64,000 nucleotides of DNA. Origin: Gemmatimonadales bacterium. GTDB taxonomy: Bacteria > Gemmatimonadota > Gemmatimonadetes > Gemmatimonadales > GWC2-71-9. The position numbers and the translations under genes are program-made. Each line of letters opens with the position of its first letter. The first letter of the stretch is position 1. Shown here in pieces: positions 17,947 to 28,275 of this stretch. Location: positions 416,001 to 480,000 of the forward strand of contig JBBCJC010000005.1 in assembly GCA_037189525.1 (NCBI GenBank), in the 5' to 3' direction. Below the pieces are notes generated by a model. It saw only the letters and a list, made by a program, of their open reading frames with translations, did not search any database and had not been told where the DNA came from.

Positions 17947-19670
17947 CCGGGAGGTATGACTCCTTTGGCCTGATCGAGCAGGCGGCGCGCCTGCGGAGCG
18001 ACCGCACTCGTCGGATAGCTCAGCAGCACGGTTTCGAGTGTCGCAATCGCCTCGGGCTTCCGATCGAGGCCGATCTGAATCCGGGCCAGCTCGAACCCGG
18101 CGGCCGCCGCGCTGGCGGGAATCTTGAGTTCCGTGACGCGATCGAGGAGACGCGCCGCTCCCTGGGCATCCCCCGCGCCGAGCCGAACCCGCCCGGCCAG
18201 CAGCAGCAGCTCCGCGCCACCCCGCTCCGCCGCTAATGTCCCGCCCAATTGCTCGAGCTGGCTCGCCGCGTTCACGCTGTCCCGCCGCTCGAGGCCCAGC
18301 AGCGCCTGGCCCAATGCCGGCATGCTGTCGCCGTCGATGACCTGGAGCAACGCCAGCACCGTGGTTCGGGAGACCGCCGCTTCCCGCGCACCGGCAAACG
18401 GTCCCGCATAACGAAGCAACTCGGCGCCGGCGCGAATGTCGCCCTGGTAGAGCTTGATCCAGCCCTGCATAGCAAGGCCCTCGACGGTGCTATCCTGGGC
18501 AATTGCCGCCGCGGCCGCATCCAGTTTGCCGGCCCGGATCCACCCCTCGGCCAATCGGAGCGTCAGTGTCTGGCGGTCTTCTTCCTTGAGGCTTCCGCTC
18601 AGCTGGGCGAGTTGTTCAGCGGCTTCCTCCATCTTGCCTTCGGAAATCAGAACCGACACCAGAGTTGCGGTCGCGGAGGCCGCCGTACCCGGCGCTGCCT
18701 TACCTTCACTCGCGATGCGCGCCAGCAGCCGCCGCGCGCCTTCGCGATCGCCGGCATCGGCATAGGCTTGCGCCGCTTCCATCCAGGCCCGGTTGGCCTG
18801 TGTCGGATCTTTGCTGCCGATGAACTCGAGCGCCGTGGCCTTCGCCAGGAATGCTTCGCGCCCCGACAGGCCGCGCACCTCCGCCAGCGCATCCTGCATC
18901 GCTTCGGTGACCCGCCCGCCCAGTTCGGCGGCCGAAGCAATCCGCTGCACTCCGCCGACGGGATCGCCCCACCGAATCATCAGCAACGACACGATCCGGG
19001 TTCCCTCCGGCCCATGCGCGCTCAGGGCTTCGAGGATGGCCGGCTGCGTGGCCGTTGCCAGTTGGCTCAGCATCGAGACCGCAGCCGACCGATAGGCAGG
19101 CACCGTCGTGATAGCCGCGACCCACTCGCGAGCGGCGGTCTCGAAATCGCGTTCGATGGTCGCCAGCTGAGCAATTTCGCCGGCCAGCGCGCTGCCACCG
19201 AGTGTGGTGCGGCCAAGCGCGTAGGCCGCTTTGGCGGTATTGCGATCGCGCGCGCCCAGCGCCGCGGAGCCCCACTCCTGAAACGGAGCCTCGGAACCGG
19301 GTTCGAGCACCGCCCACCGTTCCACCACCGCCCGAGCGCTGTCAGGCACCGCGGCCGCCATATAGACGCGAACCGCCAGGCCAAAAATGGGAATCGATGG
19401 CTGGGCACTCTGCACCGCGCGGCGCACCTCGGGCACCATATCGGCAATCTTGGCGCTCTGGCCCAGACTGCGCTCCAGTCCCAGCAAAGCGCTGATATCC
19501 GCCGGCTGAGCCGCCAGTACGGAGCGATAGAGCTCGACCGCCGCCTCGTGCTGCCCGCGTCGCTCCAGGTCGAGCCCGCGGCTGACCGGATCGGCCGACG
19601 GGCGCGACGGTTGCGCCACCAGAGCCACGGGCGTGCCAAGCACGAACGCCAGCATCAAACCGCGAATCAT
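17943..19670 (-). CDS. Exported tetratricopeptide-repeat protein
   Basis: Signal peptide; Ala/Leu-rich helical repeats; ATGA overlaps at both ends. Confidence 0.8.
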   Translation of the reverse strand: MIRGLMLAFVLGTPVALVAQPSRPSADPVSRGLDLERRGQHEAAVELYRSVLAAQPADISALLGLERSLGQSAKIADMVPEVRRAVQSAQPSIPIFGLAVRVYMAAAVPDSARAVVERWAVLEPGSEAPFQEWGSAALGARDRNTAKAAYALGRTTLGGSALAGEIAQLATIERDFETAAREWVAAITTVPAYRSAAVSMLSQLATATQPAILEALSAHGPEGTRIVSLLMIRWGDPVGGVQRIASAAELGGRVTEAMQDALAEVRGLSGREAFLAKATALEFIGSKDPTQANRAWMEAAQAYADAGDREGARRLLARIASEGKAAPGTAASATATLVSVLISEGKMEEAAEQLAQLSGSLKEEDRQTLTLRLAEGWIRAGKLDAAAAAIAQDSTVEGLAMQGWIKLYQGDIRAGAELLRYAGPFAGAREAAVSRTTVLALLQVIDGDSMPALGQALLGLERRDSVNAASQLEQLGGTLAAERGGAELLLLAGRVRLGAGDAQGAARLLDRVTELKIPASAAAAGFELARIQIGLDRKPEAIATLETVLLSYPTSAVAPQARRLLDQAKGVIPPG

Positions 19671-22600
19671 GGCGTACTCCGCGCCGACAATCGCCGGAAG
19701 TACTCGGTCACCAGCCGCCGTTCTTCGGGCGATAACTGCTGCAGCTCTTCCCAAGTCGGGAGCCGCACCGCTCCCGCCCCGGTCTGCAGGCGACGCAACG
19801 GCGCCGGAATGCTCAGCGTGTCGGTCCGCGGCGCTTCGCTCTGCCGCTCCTTCTGCTCGTCGCGCTCCTCGCCCTGCAGGGTTCGGCCGGCATCGAGCAT
19901 GCGCCGGAACAACCGTTCCTGCCGTCCCACCGTTTCGCGGTCGAGCCGGCCCGCCTCGAGGCGCCTGGCCAGCTCCCGTGCCTCCTCAGCCAGCTGCTGT
20001 GCACCAGGCGTTTGCATCTCGGCGCGGAACCGCTCGAGTTCTTCCGCCATCTTGCGCTGCCGTTCGGCCAGCGCCTGCATCTGCCCGCCGACCTGCTGCT
20101 GGCTCATCATCATCGACAGCAGGTTGTTGCCGTCCTGACTCATGCTGCCCTGCTGCCCGGCCATCTGCTGCATCCGCTGCATCGCTTCCGCAACGCCGGA
20201 AGCCGACGACGATCCCGACACGTCATCCCGAGACCGAAGCATCTGGAACGCCGCGACGTTGAGCGCATCGACCGCTTCGCCCGCTTGCTGCGTGGCATCC
20301 CGCAGGTTGGCCGACGCCGATGAGACCGCCTCGCGGGCGCGCGCCATCTGCAAGCGGGCCTGCAGCAACGCCGCGCCGATCTGCGGCGAGATCAGCGCAT
20401 TCTTACCGCTCACCGCCAGCACCTGCTCGACGATCTTCTGGACCCCTTCTTCGATGACCGCCTGCTCCTGGCGCGACTGGCCGACCGGCATCCCGCGTCC
20501 GATGGCCGTACTGAGCGCGTACTGGCGCTGGCTCAGCCGCGCGGTTTCGGCCAGCGCGCGGTCCAGCGCATCGACCACTTCCTGCCGCCAGGCGTCCTGC
20601 TGCTCCTCACGCTGCTCCTGCACCTTCTGCTCGACCTGCTCCATCTGCTGCGCAGCCTGCTCGCCCTTGGACTTGGCCTCCTGCGCCTTGCCCTGCTGCG
20701 CCGACTGCGCCGCGTCCCGCATCTGCTCGGCGGCCTGCTTTGCCTGCTGCGCACTCGACTCGAGCGCGGACTTCCGCTCCTGGTTATCCAGCTGCTTGGC
20801 CGCCTGCTCGAGTCCCTGCGCGACGGAATCCGTCCGGGCCGCGAGTTGCTGCTCGGCCGCCGACGACGCGGCCGCATTGGCGCTGTCGCTCGAGGCCATC
20901 TTCTCGTTCCACTCTTCCTGCTGCTCCCGCACTTCGCGAGACTCCTGCTCCAGGCTCGAGAGTTCGCCCTCGAGCGCCGCGCGCCGGAAAAGTTCCTTGG
21001 TGCGCTCGAGCGCCTCCCGCAGCTTCTGCTGCGCTTCCGCAAGATTGGCCAGCGCCTCCTTGGTCGACTGCGGGTCCAGTTTCTCGAGCGCCTGCCGGAG
21101 CTGCTCCAGATGCTGCCGCATCTCGGGCGAAATCGCCTTGTCGAGCTGCGCCCGAATCTCGTCGAGCTGCCGGCGGAAGGACGAGTCCGAAATACCGCCC
21201 TGCTCCGCCGACCGCTCCAGCTGTTCCAACCGCTCGCCTAACGCCTCGGCCTGATCGATCAGCTCCTGCTGGTCGCGTGCTACCTGCTCGGCCTTCTTGG
21301 CTTCGTCGAACGAAAGCGATTGCTCACCCCGCCGGCTGCTTTCGCCGCTCCGCTGCCGCTCCCGGCTCAAGTCCTCGGTCTGTCGCTGCAGGTTCCGGCT
21401 TTCCGCCACCAGCGAGTCGATCGTCTTCCCGATTTCCTGGCTGGCCGACCGCTGCTCCTGCCTGGTCTCGCTTCGGGTCGGCACGATCAGCACGAACTCG
21501 CGCGACCGGCCCAGCTGCGCACGCGGTGCGTTGTCCCGGGCTTCGACCCAGTAGGACAGCGTATCGCCCGGTACGAGACCGAGCCGGGTCAGGTCGAGGC
21601 GGGTATCGAGCAGCGCGCGCTCCGCGATACCGCCCTCGAGCGGCAAGCCGACCACCGCCGCCTGTCCGTTGCGATGGACCCGGGTGTGGAGCGAGACGCC
21701 GACGACGCCGTAATCGTCACGCACATCGATGACCAGCGGCACCTCACCGGTCAGCGCCGGCATGGTGTCACGCCCCGGAACCGGAACCTCGACCTCCGGC
21801 ACCTGGTCCGGCACCATGATGACCGGGATCCGCACCGGATCGCCGCCTAACGGGGCGCCATCGGAGGTGGTCAGATCGAGCGCCAGCACCCCGGACTCCG
21901 TCGGCGTGACGGCGCCACCGAAGCTCATCCCGTCGACCCGCAACGCAATGGTGCGCGACCCGACGCTCCAGGCGGCAGACGCCAGCTCCGCAGTCGTCTC
22001 TCCCGCCGCGGTCAGTCGAGTGCCTTCGGGAAGCAGCAGGGTGTCACCGGAGACCGGGAGCACCTCGTCGTCCAGCTTGAGATAGCTGGGATAGTTCGCC
22101 GTCAGGGTCAGCCGGCCGAGAAAGACGGGCAGCCGGACCCGAACCATGACGGTATCGGAGGATCGGCCTCCGCTTGCTACGAAGGCAAAGAGATCGCCTT
22201 CGAGCGGACCGATGGTCCGTGTCGCCCGCCCCGTCGAATCCAGTTCCACCCGCTCGCGCCGCCACTGTTCACCCTTGCCGCGCAGCCAGAGTTCGGCATC
22301 GCGGCGCCCCGCGGCCCGGAGCCCTATGGCGATGGATTCGCCCCGATCGACCGCATCCCGATCGACCGTCAGCTGCACCGGCGCCACGAAGGTGGCCCAC
22401 GCCTCCGCCGGAGACCACAACAGCGCCACCGGACCCGCCAGGGGCCGAGTACCCAGCAAGGCTACCGCGCCGAGCCCGGCGGCAATCAGACCCAGCCGGC
22501 CGGACGAGCGCCACCGCTGCCGGATCGGATCGAGCGCCAGGGCGCCGCGCTGGCCCAAGGCATCCGCAGCCGCCTGGTCCGCAGCAGCAAAGAGTGCGGG

Positions 22601-22936
22601 GCTGGTGCCGTCGGAGGCCCCATCGAGCACTCCGGTTACCGCGCCGCGTCGCCACCCCGGCGTGCCTTCCACCGTCCGGGCCACGGCCCGCATCGCGACC
22701 CGCCCGGATCGATGCCGCGCCACCAGTCCCGCCGCACCGATGGCAACGAACGCCAATATCCACGTCACCACGACCCAGAGCGGCGAACGTACCACGCCCA
22801 GCCGCACCAGCCACGCCGCCACGGCAATGGCCAGGAGCGCGGCACCCAACCCGGCTGCTGCCGCCGCGGCAAAGCCCAACCGCCTGAGCGGGCGCGCCAG
22901 ATCGGCCAGGGCGCGAGGAGTCCGGTCCGCCGTCAC
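19667..22936 (-). CDS. DUF4175-like membrane protein: N-terminal TMs, Ig-like domains, long Q/E-rich coiled coil
   Basis: TM helices; RDDYGV and YWVEARDN motifs; about 500-aa coiled coil; C-terminal EYFRRL. Confidence 0.8.
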   Translation of the reverse strand: MTADRTPRALADLARPLRRLGFAAAAAAGLGAALLAIAVAAWLVRLGVVRSPLWVVVTWILAFVAIGAAGLVARHRSGRVAMRAVARTVEGTPGWRRGAVTGVLDGASDGTSPALFAAADQAAADALGQRGALALDPIRQRWRSSGRLGLIAAGLGAVALLGTRPLAGPVALLWSPAEAWATFVAPVQLTVDRDAVDRGESIAIGLRAAGRRDAELWLRGKGEQWRRERVELDSTGRATRTIGPLEGDLFAFVASGGRSSDTVMVRVRLPVFLGRLTLTANYPSYLKLDDEVLPVSGDTLLLPEGTRLTAAGETTAELASAAWSVGSRTIALRVDGMSFGGAVTPTESGVLALDLTTSDGAPLGGDPVRIPVIMVPDQVPEVEVPVPGRDTMPALTGEVPLVIDVRDDYGVVGVSLHTRVHRNGQAAVVGLPLEGGIAERALLDTRLDLTRLGLVPGDTLSYWVEARDNAPRAQLGRSREFVLIVPTRSETRQEQRSASQEIGKTIDSLVAESRNLQRQTEDLSRERQRSGESSRRGEQSLSFDEAKKAEQVARDQQELIDQAEALGERLEQLERSAEQGGISDSSFRRQLDEIRAQLDKAISPEMRQHLEQLRQALEKLDPQSTKEALANLAEAQQKLREALERTKELFRRAALEGELSSLEQESREVREQQEEWNEKMASSDSANAAASSAAEQQLAARTDSVAQGLEQAAKQLDNQERKSALESSAQQAKQAAEQMRDAAQSAQQGKAQEAKSKGEQAAQQMEQVEQKVQEQREEQQDAWRQEVVDALDRALAETARLSQRQYALSTAIGRGMPVGQSRQEQAVIEEGVQKIVEQVLAVSGKNALISPQIGAALLQARLQMARAREAVSSASANLRDATQQAGEAVDALNVAAFQMLRSRDDVSGSSSASGVAEAMQRMQQMAGQQGSMSQDGNNLLSMMMSQQQVGGQMQALAERQRKMAEELERFRAEMQTPGAQQLAEEARELARRLEAGRLDRETVGRQERLFRRMLDAGRTLQGEERDEQKERQSEAPRTDTLSIPAPLRRLQTGAGAVRLPTWEELQQLSPEERRLVTEYFRRLSARSTP

Positions 22937-22937
22937 G

Positions 22938-23591
22938 TCAGCGGCTTCCGACCGCGTAGACGAACAGATTCACACCCATCCGGAGCGCCTGTTCATGTTG
23001 TTCCGGCGTATCATCGTGGACCGCGAGATCCTCCCAGCCGTCACCCAAATCCGACTCGTAGCTGTAGTAGACCACCAGTTTGCCGTCGAGGAAAATGCCG
23101 AATCCCTGCGCCGGCTTCCCGTCATGCTCATGGATTTTCGGCAGCCCCTTGGGAAAGGCATAGACGACCCGGTAAATCGGATGATCCCAAGGCACCTCGA
23201 CCAGCGGACGATCGGGATAGAGCCGCGCCAGCTCCCGGCGGATCGACTCGTCCATCCCGTAGTTGTCGTCGATATGCAGAAAGCCGCCCTGCCCGAGGTA
23301 CCGGCGGAGCGTCGCCAGGTCCGCATCGCTCCATTTGACGTTGCCGTGCCCCGTCATGTGGAGGTACGGCACCTGCCACAACTCGTCGTCACTCAACCGC
23401 ACCACGCGCTCCCGCTCGGTCACCCGAAGCGGCGTGCGCTCGCTCACCGCCTTGAGCAGGTTCGGGAGACTCGACGGATTGGCATACCAGTCGCCGCCGC
23501 CGTCGTAATGCAAGCGACCGATCGTCATCCGTTCCTGAGCCTCGAGGCCGAACGGCCCGGCCAAGAGGGCCAGCAGGATCCAGCCTTTCAT
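22938..23591 (-). CDS. DUF4159 domain protein (exported)
   Basis: Signal peptide; YDGGGDWYANPSSL, YLHMTGHG, GGFLHIDDNYG, DLGDGWE, ALRMGVN. Confidence 0.9.
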   Translation of the reverse strand: MKGWILLALLAGPFGLEAQERMTIGRLHYDGGGDWYANPSSLPNLLKAVSERTPLRVTERERVVRLSDDELWQVPYLHMTGHGNVKWSDADLATLRRYLGQGGFLHIDDNYGMDESIRRELARLYPDRPLVEVPWDHPIYRVVYAFPKGLPKIHEHDGKPAQGFGIFLDGKLVVYYSYESDLGDGWEDLAVHDDTPEQHEQALRMGVNLFVYAVGSR

Positions 23592-24421
23592 CGATCCTCC
23601 GCCACCAGGCGATAACTCTCATTCCGACGCAATCCGAATACCTGGGCAACCGCCTTGGCCACCCGGCTTCGCTCGAGCCCCGCAGCCACCAGAGCCTGGG
23701 CCACCTGAGACGCCTGATCGAGTTCCGGCACTTGGGGAACGTCGAGCGCCCCTTCTATCACCATCGTCACCTCACCGCGCAGGTCCCCCCCACCCGCCAG
23801 GGCCTGCGCCAACTCGCCGAGCGTGCCGGCCCGGTACTCCTCGAACCGTTTGGTCATTTCCCGGCCCAGGAGGACGCGCCGATCCGCCCCGGCCACTGCC
23901 GCCAGATCCGCGAGCAGATCGACCGAGCGTCCGGGCGCCTCAAAACACACTACGGTTGCCGTCTCGGTTTTGATGCGTTCGAGCCACGCGGTGCGTTCCT
24001 GCCCCTTTCTCGGCGGGAACCCGAGGAAGAGATATCGATCGGCCGGGAAACCGGACGCCATCAGCGCGGTCGCGACCGCCGAGGGACCGGGAATAGGCAG
24101 GACAGTGATGCCGGCTTCTCGGGCACGCGCCACCAGCAACGGCCCCGGATCGCTGACGCCGGGCGTGCCGGCGTCGGTCGTCAGCGCGACATCCTGACCG
24201 GATTCCAGCACCGCCAGAATCTCGTCCAGCCTGGCAGAATTGGAATGAGCGTGACAACTGATCAGCCGAGCATTCGACCCGGCGTGATCCACCAGCTTCC
24301 GTGTTTCTCGGGTATCCTCGGCCGCGACAACGGCCACTCGGCGCAACGTGTCCGCGGCCCGGGGCGAGAGGTCGCCCAGGTTTCCGATCGGCGTCGCGAC
24401 GACGTAGAGGACTCCAGCCAT
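23588..24421 (-). CDS. rsmI: 16S rRNA (cytidine1402-2'-O)-methyltransferase
   Basis: LYVVATPIGNLGD, AEDTR, DAGTPGVSDPG, REMTKRFEE. Confidence 0.95.
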   Translation of the reverse strand: MAGVLYVVATPIGNLGDLSPRAADTLRRVAVVAAEDTRETRKLVDHAGSNARLISCHAHSNSARLDEILAVLESGQDVALTTDAGTPGVSDPGPLLVARAREAGITVLPIPGPSAVATALMASGFPADRYLFLGFPPRKGQERTAWLERIKTETATVVCFEAPGRSVDLLADLAAVAGADRRVLLGREMTKRFEEYRAGTLGELAQALAGGGDLRGEVTMVIEGALDVPQVPELDQASQVAQALVAAGLERSRVAKAVAQVFGLRRNESYRLVAEDR

Positions 24422-24499
24422 ACCGTAAAGAAAACGTCGAGCCGCCGCGACGCTACCGCGACGGCTCGACCAGTGCTGTGGATCGGTGGACCCGACGCC

Positions 24500-24838
24500 T
24501 CAGGCGGCGTTGGCCACGTGCTTGTTGATCCGCTCCTGCAACGTCGCCTTCGGGACCAGGCCGACGACCGTGTCGACGTGCTTCCCGTCCTTGAAAAACA
24601 GCAGCGTGGGAATCGACCGGACGTTCCAGCGCATCGAAGTACGCTGGTTGGCGTCGACGTCCAGCTTGGCAATTCTCACCTTGCCGGCGTTGCTCTTGGC
24701 CAGATCCTCGAGAATCGGCGCAATGGCCCGGCAGGGACCGCACCACTCCGCCCAGAAATCCACCAGCACCAACCCCTGGGTCTGCTCGACACTGGCTGCA
24801 AACGTGTCGTCGGTGACGTGGGTGATCGTGTCGCTCAT
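24500..24838 (-). CDS. trxA: Thioredoxin
   Basis: VDFWAEWCGPCR, SIPTLL. Confidence 0.97.
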   Translation of the reverse strand: MSDTITHVTDDTFAASVEQTQGLVLVDFWAEWCGPCRAIAPILEDLAKSNAGKVRIAKLDVDANQRTSMRWNVRSIPTLLFFKDGKHVDTVVGLVPKATLQERINKHVANAA

Positions 24839-24909
24839 CGACAAACCTCTTGTTCGGAAACCTGTTAATTTTGCCACACTACGGTCTAAATATGCTTGGA
24901 GAACCCGCT

Positions 24910-25305
24910 GTGCCCAACTCCCGGATTGCCCACGTGGGAATTGCCGTCGAGCAGATCGAGGCCAGCCTCGCATTCTATCGTGACGTGCTGGGCCTCGCCC
25001 CCCATGGAGCGCCGGAAGTTCGCGACGGGGCCACCATCGTTTCGCTGCCGTTCGGGGAGTCCGAGATCGAACTGCTCGAACCGCTCACACCCGATGGGCC
25101 GATTGCCAAATTTCTGGCCAAGCGCGGGCCGGGAATCCACCACATCTGCTACCGGGTGGACGATCTCGATGCCGCGCTCGATCGCTGTCGCGCCAACGGC
25201 TATCGCCTGATCGACGAGACCCCGCGGGTCGGTGCGGCCGGCAAACGGATTGCGTTCGTACACCCGAAAGCCACAACGGGCATCCTGCTCGAGCTTACGG
25301 AGTAG
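24910..25305 (+). CDS. mce: Methylmalonyl-CoA epimerase (VOC family)
   Basis: IAHVGIAV, IELLEP, GPGIHHI, FVHPK..GILLEL. Confidence 0.9.
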   Translation: MPNSRIAHVGIAVEQIEASLAFYRDVLGLAPHGAPEVRDGATIVSLPFGESEIELLEPLTPDGPIAKFLAKRGPGIHHICYRVDDLDAALDRCRANGYRLIDETPRVGAAGKRIAFVHPKATTGILLELTE

Positions 25306-25756
25306 GATTGCCGGGCGTACCGCACGGTCGCCCGGGAACGCCGGCCGCCGTGAGTTCGATGGCTGACACGAGCCAGGCGCCGTCGCGGGCCTGCACCATG
25401 GTGAACGGGACGTTCTTGACGCAACCGCTCCGGGTCAGCTCGATCACCAGTTGCCGGCGACCCGCGCCACCCGCGCCCGGATTCTCGCCGACCACCTTGG
25501 AGGTGCCACCTTTGAGGTACGCATGGACCACCGAGAGGCGTTGAAGCCAGTCGGCCGGGCGGTTGGTGGTGGCGGCAGGGCCGCGATCGGTGCCCCAGAG
25601 CGCACCCATCTGCGCCAGATTACTGTCGGCAACCGCCTGCATGAACGCGCTGGCCACGACGGCCGGCGCAGCAGACGTCGACACCTGAGCAGGCTGAATC
25701 GTTTTGGTGGTGCACGCCAGCGTGGCGACGGTACCGACTAATAACCATGTACGCAT
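25295..25756 (-). CDS. Hypothetical lipoprotein
   Basis: MRTWLLVGTVATLAC lipobox; NTF2-like pattern (FMQAV...WLV). Confidence 0.7.
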   Translation of the reverse strand: MRTWLLVGTVATLACTTKTIQPAQVSTSAAPAVVASAFMQAVADSNLAQMGALWGTDRGPAATTNRPADWLQRLSVVHAYLKGGTSKVVGENPGAGGAGRRQLVIELTRSGCVKNVPFTMVQARDGAWLVSAIELTAAGVPGRPCGTPGNPTP

Positions 25757-25825
25757 GGGGGTCCTCTCGGGTGACCTTCCTGCGCGAAAGTAAACCGCCC
25801 CGGAGGCGCTCGGCAAATGCGGCAT

Positions 25826-26548
25826 ATGCGGCTCTACATCAACATCGATCACGTCGCCACCGTGCGACAGGCGCGTCGGACCGATGAACCCGACCCGATC
25901 CGCGCCGCGGTATTGGCGGAGGCGGCAGGTGCGCATGGCATCACGGCGCATCTCCGGGAAGATCGCCGGCACATTCAAGACGACGACGTGGTCCGGTTGG
26001 CCGAGGCCGTGACCACCGTGCTCAATCTCGAGCTGGCGCTGGCGCCCGATGTCGTCGCGCTAACCGAGCGGCTCGCTCCGTACCAGGTAACCCTGGTGCC
26101 CGAGCGGCGCGAGGAAGTGACCACCGAAGGCGGGCTCGACCTCTCCCGCGACACCACCCGTCTGGCTCAGGTCATTGCCACACTGACGGCGGCCGGCAGC
26201 CGAGTCAGCCTCTTCATCGATCCGGATCGCGAGGCCATCCAGCGCTCGCGCGACCTCGGCGTGCCCGCCATCGAGCTGCATACCGGTCGCTACGCCCACA
26301 CCTGGCGCGAAAGCTCCGATGCGCTCCGCCAGCTCACCGAGGCCGCCGAATTTGCCGCGTCACTCGGCCTTGCCGTGCATGCCGGGCATGGACTCACCTA
26401 TCTCAACGTGCAGCCCGTCGCCGCCATCGAGGTCATCGAGGAGCTCAACATCGGGCACAGCGTGGTGAGCCGCGCCGTGATGACCGGGATGACCGAAGCG
26501 GTCACCGAGATGGGACGCCTGATCCGCGACGCCCGCGGACCGCGTTGA
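25826..26548 (+). CDS. pdxJ: Pyridoxine 5'-phosphate synthase
   Basis: NIDHVATVRQAR, HLREDRRHI, TTEGG, IELHTG, HAGHGL, ELNIGH. Confidence 0.97.
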   Translation: MRLYINIDHVATVRQARRTDEPDPIRAAVLAEAAGAHGITAHLREDRRHIQDDDVVRLAEAVTTVLNLELALAPDVVALTERLAPYQVTLVPERREEVTTEGGLDLSRDTTRLAQVIATLTAAGSRVSLFIDPDREAIQRSRDLGVPAIELHTGRYAHTWRESSDALRQLTEAAEFAASLGLAVHAGHGLTYLNVQPVAAIEVIEELNIGHSVVSRAVMTGMTEAVTEMGRLIRDARGPR

Positions 26549-26580
26549 CCCGGCTACCGCTTCGTCCGTACTCTTCTCTC

Positions 26581-28275
26581 ATGAGCGTGCCCTCCGGCCG
26601 ACTGCAATTCTTCGTCCTCGAGGCGTCGGACTACCTCGAGCGCCTCGCCCTCGTGGTTGGACGGCCCGTGCCGCCGGACCCCGGCGAACTGGTTCGCCTG
26701 ACCCGTGCGCTCCGCGGGGCGGCCCTGATGGCGGGGCTCTCGTCGTATGCCCGGGCCGCCGGCTCCCTGGAACTCCTGGCCAAGGCGCATCGCAATGCCC
26801 CGGGAGCATGGACGCCGCAACGCGCGGGCACCCTGGCCGATGCGGTCGACGAACTGCGCCGGCTCGCCTCACAAGGCGCCGACTGGACCGACGCCGATTC
26901 CGACGCCGCGACTGCGCTGGCCGAGTCGCTCGCGGAAGGTGTCGACGCCAATTCGGACGACGTGGTGGCCGCGCCGCGCCGGGCGGCAAATCAGGGTGAC
27001 GAACTGCAGCCCAGCGTCCGCGCCTTCATCGGCCGGGAAGGTGCGCACATCGCCGCGACCCTCGAGGATGCTGCTGCCGCTCTCGATCAGGGCCGGCTGG
27101 CCGGCGCCGCCGAGGCAGTCCTGGCACGGTTGCAGCCGCTCCGGGGGCTCGCCACCCTGCCCTCGCTCTCGCCCCTGCCGGAATTTCTCGACGCCGTCGA
27201 ACTCACCATCCGAAACGTGCGAGACACCTCGGCGCCTCCCGCCGGCGCTCGCGCGTTGCGACACGCCGCTGCCGCCGTAGCCCAGCTGGCGCGCGGTGTT
27301 GCCGGGGGCGCCTCGACCGGTGGCGAGACTCCGGAAGTTCTGCTCGGCGCCGCCAGCCTGCTGGAATCGTTCGGGCGGGACGACGACGTGGTGGACATCA
27401 CGACGCTGTTCCGGGACGACGACGCCGATCCGATCGTCACACCCGGCGCCGCGCCGGCCTCCGACGACAACGGCGACGCCATGCTCGAACTGGTCAGCCT
27501 GGCCGACCGCCTGCGCCAGGCAGGTGAGCAACTGGTCCAGCCGGCCTCGGCAACCGGCCGCACGCTCTACCTCTATGGCCTGGTGATCCAGTTGCGCCCG
27601 CTCACGGCGGCGGCGCCGCGACAACGGCCCCATCTCGCTCCCTTGCTGAGCAGCATCGCGGCCGCCATCGGCCAGGGTCGCGCGGCACGTGACCCGCTCG
27701 CCTTTGCCGCCGCGCTCCGCGAAGCGGCCACCGCCATCGGCAGCGCTGCCAGCTCGCGCAATGCCATCTTCCTGGGCGATGAGTTGGAACCCGTCGTCAC
27801 CATGGTCACGCACCTCGGCGCCACCGTCGTGATTGCACCGCCGAGCGACGAGTCCGACGTGGTCCCGATCGAGTCGCTCGCGCCGGACCCGATTCCGGCG
27901 GAGGCGCTGGATCTCGCGCCTCCCGAAGCAGCGCTCGTGGTACCGATCGAGACCCTCGCGCCCGATCTGCCTGCCGAGCCGGCATCCGACACGTTCGCGC
28001 AGAGTTTCTCGACCTATCACCGGCTGGTCAGCGCACCTGTCGAAGAAGACATTACTCCGGCAGCTGCGCAGGTAACGGTCGTTACTGCCCCCGAGGATGA
28101 CACCGATGTAGTCGACATCGGGACGCTCCTCTTCCGAGGACGCCGAGCCCTCGAACGCGCGGATATCGTTCGCCTCGAACTGAGCGGCGCGCTCAAGGCC
28201 GAGCGGCCCTTTACCGAAATCGAACCGCTGGTGAGTGAACTCATCGATCTGGTTCCCCTGGCTCTTGCGGAATAA
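26581..28275 (+). CDS. Hypothetical helical protein with Hpt-like N-terminus and acidic VVxIxxL repeats
   Basis: FFVLEASDYLERL...RALRGAALMAG resembles the CheA P1/Hpt helix but lacks the His. Confidence 0.65.
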   Translation: MSVPSGRLQFFVLEASDYLERLALVVGRPVPPDPGELVRLTRALRGAALMAGLSSYARAAGSLELLAKAHRNAPGAWTPQRAGTLADAVDELRRLASQGADWTDADSDAATALAESLAEGVDANSDDVVAAPRRAANQGDELQPSVRAFIGREGAHIAATLEDAAAALDQGRLAGAAEAVLARLQPLRGLATLPSLSPLPEFLDAVELTIRNVRDTSAPPAGARALRHAAAAVAQLARGVAGGASTGGETPEVLLGAASLLESFGRDDDVVDITTLFRDDDADPIVTPGAAPASDDNGDAMLELVSLADRLRQAGEQLVQPASATGRTLYLYGLVIQLRPLTAAAPRQRPHLAPLLSSIAAAIGQGRAARDPLAFAAALREAATAIGSAASSRNAIFLGDELEPVVTMVTHLGATVVIAPPSDESDVVPIESLAPDPIPAEALDLAPPEAALVVPIETLAPDLPAEPASDTFAQSFSTYHRLVSAPVEEDITPAAAQVTVVTAPEDDTDVVDIGTLLFRGRRALERADIVRLELSGALKAERPFTEIEPLVSELIDLVPLALAE

